DNA of 64,000 nt from Felis catus (Eukaryota): the NCBI RefSeq assembly GCF_018350175.1, contig NC_058368.1:129954001-130018000 (forward strand), given 5' to 3'. A model generated the notes under the pieces. It searched no databases. It worked only from the letters and a program-made list of their open reading frames with translations, and was not told the origin of the DNA. Each line of letters begins with the position of its first letter. Position 1 is the first letter of the stretch. This document shows, piece by piece, positions 38,293 through 49,628 of the stretch. The position numbers and the translations under genes were made by a program.

Positions 38293-38745
38293 AAGAAATC
38301 TATTTTAGAGGCTTTGTTTTAACATGTTACATTTACGCATTTGGAGGTCATGTTTTTATAACAGCTTATTACAAAGGAGAAAAAAAATGATAACTTCTTA
38401 ATGCTTATTTTTTTTAAATAAATAGGTCTTCTGCGTGCCAGTAAGTGGAAGCCTCTTTTGGCTCTTTGTTATCCCCGATATTTGGGGGTACTTTTCCCAA
38501 ACTGACTCATGAGTGGTAACGGCAGTACATCTTATGTGTTTGTTTGTTTCTTAACTTGAATGCTTTGAAAACAATTTTTGTGTAAAATAATTTCTGTTCC
38601 TGACCCCAGGACATGGCATGGATACTTCCATTTCCATTCTTCAGTCCTTCCTTCTCTCTCTCTTTTTTTTAATGTTTATTTTTGAGTGGGGGTATTGCAG
38701 AGGGAGCAGGGGATCTGAAGTGGGCTCTCCACTGACAGCAGAGAC

Positions 38746-38907
38746 CTTTTTTTATTTTTATTTTTTTCAATATATGAAGTTTATTGTCAAATTGGTTTCC
38801 ATACAACACCCAGTGCTCATCCCAAAAGGTGGCCTCCTCAATACCCATCACCCACCCGCCCCTCCCTCCCACCCCGCATCAACCCTCAGTTCTCAGTTTT
38901 TAAGAGT
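38746..38907 (-). mobile_element. Very short 5'-truncated cat-type L1 with TSD, next to a SINE fragment (38665-38745)
   Basis: tttattgtcaaattggtttccatacaacacccagtgctcatccc; TSD cagcagagac. Confidence 0.85.
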
Positions 38908-40641
38908 CAGCAGAGACTTTTTTGAGAGTCCTCTCTTCCCATTCAGAGCCAGCCCATGTACCTTTCTACTCTGGGCTTTAGTCATTTTTCTCTTTTCTGA
39001 ACTTGTAGTCTCTGGTCACCCCATCTTGGCACCTAATGGGTACTCCAGTGCAAGTATGGTTTTCCTGGTGTGTTGGAATTTAATCCCCCTCCCATTCGTA
39101 GGTCTCTGCCTCTTGTGTCCTTTTTGTGCAGAACGAGTCACGTTCCAGTGGAAAAAAAAAAGTGCCCACTGACTGAGGTTGCCTCACTTCACTTACCCCT
39201 ACTAGACAGTCTGCTGGTAGAGCTGGATATCCAGGTGGGCACAGCGGAGGGAATAGGGAGGGTGAACACTACTGATTGCCAGACTGGCTTCTCCTCCAAG
39301 CCTGAATAAGCATGTGCAAGCTGAGCGGAGTTTGGACCTGTATCTTCTGATCTCTGTCCAGTCTTCTTCTATGGGTATCATTTTCCATTCTTTATTCTAA
39401 TTTTCTTCTTTATCTCAGTCATTGATTATTTCTCGCTCCTGGCTTCACTTAAATCTCAGGTTCCTGAACTCTGTAGATTTCTCTCAGAACTTTTCAAGCT
39501 TCATTTTGGGTCCAGGAGTGTCATCTAAACAAACTCAACATTCATGAGAAAGAGGTGAAGTGATGCCTTTTGGCAAGAATTGTACAGTCAGAAGTTGACC
39601 CTATTCATGCAGCAGTGTGATTATCAGCCTTGAAGGCTCTGTCCTCAGCCTTGAATGCTCTCGTGTAGTGAATGTGCATGTCCACAGAGGCTTAGTACTC
39701 TAGAACTATATAGTTTATTCACTCTATTGCTAATTACTTTAATTATGGCAGAGATAGAACTTCCTGCCTTCTTCTCAGAAACATGTGCCCGTGCTGGTAA
39801 CATCATCACTGATCAATATGATAATTTGCAGTAAAACCTATAATGATATGAGCTGGTTGTCAAATATATACCATTTTTTTCTCTTCCTTCTACAATTCCC
39901 TCCCTCCTACTTAACCTTCACCCACCAGTAGATCATGTTCACATTCAGATTGCCAGATATCTGTTAGGAAAATTCATGTTACGTCTTTTGAGAAAGTACA
40001 CAGTACTCAGAATTCCATTTCATTTTCTGGCAAAATTACCAGTTTTCCTAGAACGTGTTGGGGTTGATGCTTGTAGGTGATATGAGTAGAGAAGGCAGCT
40101 GCTTGCATGGATTGTCCCTCAATAATGCTGACATAAAGGCCTGGTAAACAAGCTTGAAAGCTGTAGTCTGGAGGATTTTTGTCTTTTTCAACTAATCAGT
40201 TGTTGCCAGCTTTCTGGAGTGCTCCTGTGTTAAAATGGAATCTCAGAACCTGCCTGCCTTATTAGCATTCTATATTGGATCAGGGGTGATTTACTCTGCA
40301 GTCAGAAGTGAAAATGTCCATATTCCCTCCATGTATCTGCCATACTTGAGTTCAGCCTTCCATTTGCAAACAAGGAGACCAATACTTAGAGAAATGAATT
40401 AACTGCAGTCGGATCACACAGTTAGTGGCTGAAACTTTAGGCACAATTTTCGTTTTCTAGTTTTGTTTTGTTTTTTTCCCCTAGGGGTTGTTCCCTGAAC
40501 TGAATAAGGTAGATTGTATGTGTCTTTCTTGAGAGATTTTTTTTTAGTTCTTATATGAAGGAAATAGAGTGACTTAAAAAAATACATACTCCTGTAATAG
40601 GGTGTTAATATGTACATTAAAATGTATTAGAATGACATCAG

Positions 40642-40856
40642 GGGGCGCCTGGGTGTCACAGTACATTGAGCGTCTGACTTCTGCTCGGGTCATGATCTCA
40701 CAGCTTATCAGTTCGAGCCCCGCGTTGGGCTCTGTGTTTACAGTTTGGAGCCTGGAGCCTGCTTCCTATTCTGTGCCTCCCTCTCTCTCTGCCCCAACCC
40801 ACTCGCATTCTGTCTCTGTCTCTCTCAAAAATAAATAAACATTAAACAAAATTTTC
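40642..40856 (+). mobile_element. CAN-SINE with TSD
   Basis: TSD ttagaatgacatcag. Confidence 0.93.
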
Positions 40857-41222
40857 TTAGAATGACATCAGCTAGTTATTACTTTTGCTTGACTGCTGAC
40901 TTGTCTAAAATCTGATCCCATTTGAATGTACAGATAAAACATTTGACTTTACAAAGGCAGGAACATGACCCAAAATATGGTTACTTGGTATCTACTGAAC
41001 ATTTAAAACAATCATTCATGTTAATGCAGAATGAGAAACACTGTATATCTCTTATAGGAATGATACTAGAGAGAAACACGGTATATCTCTTATAGAAATG
41101 ATACTAGAAGTTCCCTGGTGATGAACATTAGAATTTATTCAGTTAGTTTTAAATTCAAATAGTATAATTTAGTGTTTCAGTGGATGGTTATGGACTTCTA
41201 CCTTTTAAAAGTTGGATTCATT

Positions 41223-41662
41223 AGGGATGCCTGGTGGCTCAGTCGGTTAAGCATCTAACTGGCTCAAATCACAATCTCACGGCAAGTTCGAGCCCTGTGT
41301 CAGGCTCTCTGCTAACACCTTAGAGCCTGGAGCTTCAGATTCTATGTCTCCCTCTCTCTCTTTGCCCCTCCCCTGCTCATGCTCTCTCTCTCCTTCAAAA
41401 TAAATAAACACTAAAAAAAATTTAAAAGTCAGAATCATTAAAGAAAATATCGGTACATATGGTGCACCTGGGTGGCTCATTCTGTTGGGGATCTGATTCT
41501 TGTTTTCGGCTCAGGTCGTGATCTCATGGGTTGTGAGATCAAGCCCCATCTTGGCTGTTTGCTAGGTGTAGAGCCTGCTTCACCTCTCCATGCTCGCTCA
41601 CACTTTCCCTTTCAAACAAACAAACAAACAAACAAAAACCAAGAAAATGTTAAAAAAAAAAT
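41223..41662 (+). mobile_element. Two tandem CAN-SINEs (about 41223-41425 and 41460-41662)
   Basis: Two heads and two A-rich tails. Confidence 0.88.
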
Positions 41663-41689
41663 AAAGTATCAGAGTAAAATTCCTTTAAG

Positions 41690-42530
41690 CTTTAAAGTGT
41701 TCACAGATGTACACGCTGTATATAGAATACCCCTGTCACCCCAAAAAGTTCCCTTGTGTCTCTTTCTCTAGCAACCACTGAACAAATAATTTTGCCTTTC
41801 AAGAAAGTCACATAAATGGAGTCCTACAATATGTAGCATTTTGAGTCTTTTATTCTCTTAGCATAATGTTTTTGAGATTTATCCAAGTTGTTGCATGTAT
41901 CTTTAGTTCATTTTTTATTGCTGACAACTTTCTTTGAATAAGCTTCCTACAGTTTATCCATTCACTAGTTGATGGATATTTGGGTCATTTGTAGTTGTGA
42001 ATTATTATGAATAAACCTACCATAGATGTTTACATTCACATCTGAAGGTACTTGTTTTGGTCTTGGGTAAATACATAAGAATGGATTGCTGATTTGCATG
42101 GAGTGTGCTAACTTTATAAAAACTGCCTTTGTGGTTTCTGAAATGGATACCGTTTTTTCATTCTTTGCAGCAGTGTGTATATGACATTGTTTTTCATCTT
42201 TGTCAGCACTTGGTATTGTCGCTCTTCTTAATTTAACTTTTAATCAAAATGTCTTTGAGGTTTTAATTTGCGTTTCTCTGATGACTAATAACACTGAACA
42301 TATTTTCAAGTATTCGTATGCCATCTTTATATCTCTAGTGAAGTGTCTGTGAAAGTCTTTGCCAATTTTTAAATTGACTGGTTGTCTTCTTGAGCTTTTA
42401 GAGGCCTTTATATGTTCTGGATTCAAATCCTTTGTCATACATATGTTTTACAAATACTTTTTTCCCAGTCGATGACTTGTCTTTTCTTGGCATTGTCTTC
42501 GGAAGAAAAGAGATTTTTAATCTTAAACAT
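41690..42530 (-). mobile_element. Old L1 3' fragment
   Basis: Translation KDFHRHFTRDIKMAYEYLKICS..LVIRETQIKT is L1 ORF2-like. Confidence 0.85.
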
Positions 42531-42590
42531 TTTTGTTATCTATCTTTTTAGTTATAAAATCAGCATAGGACTATTGTAATAAGAAAATAT

Positions 42591-42752
42591 TAAAGTGTAT
42601 CTTTCCTATCTCTTTTATAAATACTTCTTATAATACTTTTGTAAATACTTTTTATAATTTATACTTTTTATAAATACTTTTATAAATACTTTTTATAAAT
42701 AAAAATCTCTTTTATATATACTTTTTTAAAGTATATCTTTTCCTATCTCTTT
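42591..42752. repeat. AT-rich degenerate minisatellite (unit about ttttataaatact) between duplicated 25-mers
   Basis: Direct reading; flanks taaagtRtatcttt(t)cctatctcttt. Confidence 0.8.
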
Positions 42753-42908
42753 CTATTATAAGAAAGATTTTGGAAGTTTGCTTTCCTTTTTTATTTTACT
42801 ACTAATATTTCTCTTGATGTTTAAAGGGATAATTAGAAAAAGAAAAGAAAAAATAACTACTGGTTAAAATACTCCAGTTTAATTTGTTTTGCTCTTCTTT
42901 TGTTTTAG

Positions 42909-43004
42909 TGTCATCCAAGATAAATTCTGTGGGATTATAAACATCTCAGTGGAAGGCTTACATGATGTCATGACAGAAGATCCTGAAACAGGAACTTACA
43001 AAGA
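42909..43004 (+). CDS. IPO11: IPO11 internal coding exon (VIQDKFCGIINISVEGLHDVMTEDPETGTYK-D)
   Basis: tgttttag acceptor, gtaggt donor; 96 nt, phase 2-2, in frame with the exon ending at 10568. Confidence 0.96.
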
Positions 43005-43142
43005 GTAGGTGGATCATTTAATTGTACTTGAACTTGGGGAGGGTGGTAATTAATTATATCCTGAATCATTTTTGTTCACTACTACTATACAAGCATAGTG
43101 TGGTGGCTTTTTAATTTTGTCTTTCATAAAGAAAAAGGTGGG

Positions 43143-43378
43143 GGGGTTACTTGGGTGGCTCCATCAGTTAAGTGTCCGACTTCGGCTCAGGTCATGATCT
43201 CACGTCTGTGAGTTCAAGCTCCGCATCAGGCTCTGTGCTTGCAGTTCGGAGCCTGGAGCCTGCTTCAGATTCCGTGTCTCCCTCTCTCTCTGCCCCTCCC
43301 TGACTCATGCTCTGTTTCTCCTCTGTCTTTCAAAAAAATGAATAAATGTTAAAAAAAAAAAATTAAAAAAAAGAAAAA
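43143..43378 (+). mobile_element. CAN-SINE
   Basis: Full body and A tail. Confidence 0.9.
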
Positions 43379-43542
43379 GTAGATTTCTTTTGCTTATAAT
43401 TAGTTTGATCTTGAGATCAGCTTTACTTTGCTAAAGTGAAATGATAGATTGGACTTCTTTGGTCCGATAATCAGTTCATGATGTGGCATGAAGTTTTTAA
43501 AAAATAATCTATGTGTATGTTACCATATAAATTCCTTTTTTT

Positions 43543-43763
43543 TTTTTTAATTTTTTTTTTCAACGTTTATTTATTTTTGGGACAGAGAGAGACAGAGCAT
43601 GAACGGGGGAGGGGCAGAGAGAGAGGGAGACACAGAATCAGAAACAGGCTCCAGGCTCCGAGCCATCAGCCCAGAGCCTGACGCGGGGCTCGAACTCACG
43701 GACCGCGAGATCGTGACCTGGCTGAAGTCGGACGCTTAACCGACTGCGCCACCCAGGCGCCCC
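43543..43763 (-). mobile_element. Young felid CAN-SINE with TSD
   Basis: TSD taaattccttttttt; CpGs intact. Confidence 0.95.
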
Positions 43764-45526
43764 TAAATTCCTTTTTTTAAGGTGTTTTGAATATGTCCTT
43801 TTTTTTAACTAACAAAGTTCCCTGTCCATTAGGCAAGTTATGGGGAAAAGATGATTGAAAAGCATCCTCTATTTGTTGTATTTGTCTGATAGAAGTACCC
43901 CTTTAAATATTAGAGTCGTCTGATACTCGACCAGTTTTAAAAGAGAACGGTTAAAATTAATGTTTTATGAGAATAGTTAAAATCATTTTATCAGAAATGC
44001 TGACACTCTCATGTAACTACAAATTTGAAATTTCATTTCATTGTATCCTTTGAAGTTAATACAATTGCTATACCTTTTCTTGTTATTATTAATAAAGGGC
44101 ATGTGTTTTATGATAAGCAATACTTAATGAGCTTTAAGACCGCTAGACTTTATGTCAGTAATATACTGAGTCCGTTTTCTTTGTTCTTTATAAATAATCT
44201 ATAGGAAATGGGAATGGTTGCCATTGAACATTTTGTTGAAAAACATGGAAAGCAAATATACATTGTTGAATCTTATTCAACATACGTAGACATAATGGGT
44301 TTGGCATGTAAACTTGCTTTCAAGAATGTAGGAGTTCAGATGAAGTGGAGCGTTCAAACTTTTGTGATCACAACCAAAATAAGAAACCATGAGTGTAGGC
44401 AGGTTTTTTTAAAGTTAACATAGGGTTTATGCCACATGACTATAAATATTGTATATTTATGCATAATATATATAACATACATACATGTATGTACATAATA
44501 TACATAACATACACACATGACAAAGTTTGCAACTGTGTATAAAGTGTTCAGGATATAAACAAATGTTCCTTGTCCTCTGGAATATATAATTTAGTTGGGA
44601 GGGTGTAAAATGGAACACTGGTAATGAGTAAAGACCATTATATCTGTTTTGAATAAAGCACACAAAATAGTAGAATTCTGGGTTGTGGTTTAATAGGAAG
44701 ACAAGGAAAAGGCACTGTATGTTAGAGTCTTCAGGAAAGGATAGGACTTAGGGCATAGGAAGTGGACATTATGATAGAATGGTGCAAATGGAAAGGATGA
44801 GGGTCAGCAAATTGTTAGGAATAAAGTTTAGAAATTGGTGTAATTTTATTATTTTAAAGATTAGGTTACAGAGACTCAGAAAAGTGCAGTGACCCAGCAG
44901 TTTAGTGGAGTCGTCAAAACTAGAATCATGCTGTTCTGACTCAAGATGTCCACTCAGCCAGGAAGAAGGTTTTGGTTTGGAAGAGGAAAGTGTTGAACAT
45001 AAGGAGGGCACACTGACTAGGACACTGTTATGGGGATCCAGACTAGAAAGGCCTAGACTTGAGGGCTGGAGTGCCTGGGTAGCTGGGATGTAAAACCCCT
45101 GTTTTCTTCCCCAGAATTGTCTGGTCGTTGCCTTTTCCCTGGGGCTGGTATTTGGCATGTGGAAGCACAGTGTAGAAACTGTTTTCCTGACTTTTCTAAG
45201 TTTCTGAGAGAGGTTAGAGAAGAATTCTGATAATCTTCCTATTCTGTAATTCTGTGAATTAAATAAAGTTCTAGAAATTACAGTTCATTCAACTGTAGGG
45301 TATAAGTAGACTTTCAGAAAATGGCACGTGAGAAACATGAAATATTTACTTCTGTAGCTAACTTAGCCTCCAGCTTCCCTTCCTGTTTATTGGAACAGTT
45401 TATCAGAACAGTTTATTCAACTTTATTTAATATTTTTAGTTCTGTTGAATTCCCATTGTAGTCTCAGTATAGAGTAAAGTAGAAGAAAGAAAGAAAACCC
45501 TGTTTTTTTCACCTCTGTAAGAAGTA

Positions 45527-46038
45527 TGTTAGTCGGGGGTTTTCCATATAGACAGAACCGATATATATTAAAGGGAGAGAGAGAATGCCAGAGAGACTTA
45601 TATTTATTGTTCTATGCTTAGAATCACATAAATATCAATATTATAAAGTGTTGGTTCATGTGATTTTGGAGGCTGAGAAGTCCCAAGATCCTCATTTGGC
45701 AAACTAGAGACCCAGGAGGGCTAATGGTATAGTTTCAGTCCAAGTCCAAAGTCCTGAAAAGCAGGAGAGCCAGTGTTGTAAGTTCTAGTTTAAGTGAGAA
45801 AATCAGAGAAGACTGATGTTCCAACTAAAAGAGAGTTTGAATTCTCTTTTAATTAGACCTTTTTTTTTTGTTCAAGCCTTCAAGTGATGGATTGAGGCCC
45901 ACCCACACTGGGGAGGGCAATCTGCTTTACTCAATGTCCACATTCATGTGTTAATCTCATCTAGAAACACCCAGAATAATATTTAACCAAATACCTGGGT
46001 GCCTTTTGGTCCACAGTAAAGAAGCCTGGTTGACACAT
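45527..46038 (-). mobile_element. MLT2-like (ERVL) solo LTR
   Basis: tgttagtcggggg...acagaacc...ggaggctgagaagtcccaagat...gagggcaatctgctttactca...gttgacac. Confidence 0.75.
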
Positions 46039-46659
46039 CATCTCTTTATTCAGACTTGTTTATGGCAGGCAGTGTACTGTGTGAGGAAGCACTGAGGCTC
46101 TGTCCTGAGAGCCTTCCCTGCCTAGAAGGGGAAATGGGGACCTGTGGAGCAGTACCAGCTACAGGTGAAGAAGGGTTCTGGGGGAAACTGCAAATAACTC
46201 CAGAGAAAATGTAGTGGATTAGAACCAACTAGTAAAGTAACTTGAAACGGATTTCAGAGTAGCTTGTGTAGTTAGTGGAGGTTCATTGGCAGTGCTGAGA
46301 ACAGATGTATACTTCAGAATGGTCACTTGAGTGCAGTGTAGAGGATGACTGGGAGGGATGGAAAGACTCACAGTGAGTGGTCTTAGATCAATGAAACATC
46401 CTGGGATGCTTGTTAAGATTGCACACTTCCCTTCCCCAGTCCAGACCCATTATATCCAAATTCCTAGGGCTAAGGCAGTAGAACCTGCATGGTAAACAGG
46501 AACCCAGGAGAGTCATATGCCCTGTAAAAATTGTGAATATGCTGCCTGGGAGATGGGGAAGCCCTTCAGGTAACTGTTGTACTACTCCTGGTGAGCACTG
46601 TTGATATGAATTTGAGGTAGATTGTAGAGGAAGGACTGGGAAGAAATGATGACAGGTAT

Positions 46660-47002
46660 TTTGTAACTGTAAGTTTGTATTATTTGACCCCCGTGACCCG
46701 TTTTGGTCCACCCCTCACCGCTTTCCCAACTCTGGCAACCACCAGTCTGTTCTCTCTCTGAATGTTGTTTTTAGTTTGATGTATACTTCCAATTGTGTGT
46801 TTTTGCTTTTGTTGTCTTTGTTTTGGAGTTAGATCCAAAAAGAGTCATCATCCGAAGACTGATGTCAAGGAGCTTACTTACCACTTACGTTTTCTTCTAG
46901 GAGTTTTGGCTTCCGGTCTTAACATTCAAGTCTTTTATCCATTTTGGGTTAATTTTTGTGTCTGGCATAAGATAGTGGTTCAGTTTCATTCTTTTGCATT
47001 TC
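46660..47002 (-). mobile_element. L1 fragments
   Basis: ctctggcaaccaccagtctgttctc and ttcaagtcttttatccattttgggttaatttttgtg motifs. Confidence 0.7.
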
Positions 47003-48086
47003 TTTATACGTTTGTATTTTAGTAGAAATAATTCATTAAACCAGGAAAATATATTACTGAGGCTTGAGATTTGCCTTCTACTTGTCTTTGGTGAGAGTGC
47101 TTTCCCTTTTGTTCCTGAAAAAATATTTCATTTTTAGGCACATTGGGAAGAGAAATTGACAACCCCTTGCCAAAGTTAGGAAGTAAAAAGAACGAAGGAT
47201 TCAGCCAGCATTTTCACGTAGAATTGGCTAGAATTTTTTAAACATGCTTCTATTGAAAGACGAGGGGACTAGGACTGCTGTGATTGCTTCTGGAGGCACT
47301 GGCTCTGGGATCAGCTTTTACTGAAGCAAATGGTGATGTCAAAGCATTTAGTGGCATGGAAGAAGAAGATAAGAAGATACTGGACAAATTCAGGGTTCTT
47401 TTAGGAAGGAGACATAATCAACCAAAGTGTCTACTCCAGAGACCACTTGAATAATATTGTCAGTTTGAGTTTCATTGTGACTTTTTACAAGTGAGTTTGT
47501 TTAGATTAAGTGAGTTTGTTTTATTGCATGTACCTTTTAAATTAGAAATGATTTAAAGGGTTCCATGTTGCATGCTAACAGAGTTGGTTGTGTTTCATTG
47601 GTTGGCGTTTCTTACCGGGAAAGTTTCTGATTTAGTGGTCTATAGTGCCTGAATCTGTTCAGTGAGGGGGTGGGCGCTGTGAGAGGTGGCTGGCTGCCTG
47701 TGTTCTCATATTAGTCTTCCCTATTTTAGACTGTTACTATTTTATTACTATTATTACATTCTTGGCCCACATACCTTTTATATAAATCATGATTCCTTAT
47801 CCTTAATCTTTGTCAAAAAAATAAGATTTGACTTTTAATTAGAAATTTTCCTGCAGGAGAGAATTTCATCTTTGGGTTTTTCAAATTCACTTTTTTCCCC
47901 CACTTTACACCTTCCAGAGACCCAAATGAATACAGTTTGCAGAATTGCACAGGAAAAATATTCTGCCCTCTCAGTAATTTTTAGTCAGTGGAGAGAAACT
48001 ATATGTGTAAATTTATATTTATATTCAGAATATATTCCATTATTTATGTGATAAATCATTTAACTTAGAGAAGAGAGAGCAGAGAT

Positions 48087-48272
48087 TTTTTTTTTTTTTT
48101 TTAAGTTCATTTATTTCGACAGCGGAAGAGGGGCAGAGAGAGAGAATCCCAAGCAGGGTCTCACTGTCCGTGCAGAGCCTGATGCAGGCTCTAACTCAAG
48201 AACTGTGAGATCATGACCTGAGCCTAACTCAAGAGTCTGATGCTTAAGCAACTGAGCCACCCAGACATCCTG
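48087..48272 (-). mobile_element. CAN-SINE
   Basis: T tail and antisense body; TSD gagattttttt. Confidence 0.9.
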
Positions 48273-49543
48273 AGATTTTTTTACTCTGCAAGTGAATGAA
48301 CAGATTTTGGAATATGATGAAGGAAGGAGATCCACATTCATTGCAGTTAGAATTCAGATCTGCAGCAGACATAAAATAGCTAGTATAGGAACTCCTTTTT
48401 ATTCAGTTCTAAAATACAAACTGGGATTGAGATTGTTTACTACACATTTCACTTTACTGAATCATGTTTGGGCTGGGATAATTCATAATTTCTCACTTTG
48501 TGCTAGGATTCCTTGGCCAACTAGTTGTGTTACATCATAGTATATCATGGTGGATGAAAGCATTGCAGCTTCGAGAGGTTAAGACCATGCAGTCAGTGAG
48601 TTAGAGATTAAGCTCTTGCTGTTCCTGATTGCAGTTTAAGGTTCTTACCATTTTATCGTACCAGTGTGCACTGACTGGGTCTTAGGTAGTTGTTGCAAAA
48701 ATTGTTTTCTTTAGTGGTGAGGAATGGGAAGGGAGACTCATGTCCCCTGCAAGAGTGAGCCTGATCAAGTTTCTGGTGTCAGCACTTGTCTTTAACCTTG
48801 AATTAAAAGCTATTTACACAACTGAGTTAAGAATTAGGTTTCTTCTGTACATACAACAAGATAGAAGAGAAACCAAGCTTTCTTTGCCCCAGTTTATTAG
48901 TTAGAAACCTATGACTGATAAATTACTGAATTGTACTATTCTAAATTAGGAAGCAGTGAGGTTTATTCCATCAATTTGATTCACTAGACAATATTTATTT
49001 CTTATCTCCCTGGAAGAGAGAAACTATTGACTGAATAGGAAACTATATTTCTATTATCTCTGTTAATGGTGAAGAGCAGTCGTGCAGATAATCAAAATGA
49101 AATGATTTATAACTGTCCTGCATGTACAAGTGCTAGCAAGGACAAGTTCCTTATAGCATAGTAATGTCACTTGAAGAACAGAGTAGCTTATTGCATAATT
49201 AGTATTGTTTTAATGATGGTATTGTTTGAATTACTGCTATTATGACAAGTGACGTATCGTTTAAAAATCATGTATACATAAATTCCTTGCCACTTGCTAC
49301 CTTAAATTCTCAAGTAAAATGTTCTACGGTATTTTTGTGTGACCCTTTTTTTTTTAAAAGTGAGGTGTATTTTTGTAGTTAAATCTTTGTGTGCAGTTAA
49401 ATATTTTTTAAAATTATGAATCTAACTTATCTAGCTATTCTTCACATTTCGGACATAGAAACAATGTTCTGAGTGATTTTCAGGGTTTGTTTTAACATGT
49501 TATGGACATTTTTGATTTATTTAAAACATTTTTTTTAATGTAG

Positions 49544-49628
49544 CTGTATGTTAATGTCTCATCTTGAAGAACCAAAAGTAACAGAAGATGAAGAACCACC
49601 CACAGAGCAGGATAAGAGAAAAAAAATG
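49544..49628 (+). CDS. IPO11: IPO11 coding exon, probably penultimate (CMLMSHLEEPKVTEDEEPPTEQDKRKKM)
   Basis: aatgtag acceptor, gtaagt donor; 85 nt, phase 2-0; acidic loop of importin-11. No terminal exon found before 64000. Confidence 0.95.

Noticed and set aside
38618..39172. 184-aa ORF, second longest in the window
   Set aside because: Composite of a SINE fragment, an antisense L1 3'UTR and flanking DNA; no protein character
47255..47323. TAVIASGGTGSGI as an SDR/Rossmann nucleotide-binding motif
   Set aside because: Imperfect match and the frame stops after a few codons; kept only as part of the exon-like island finding
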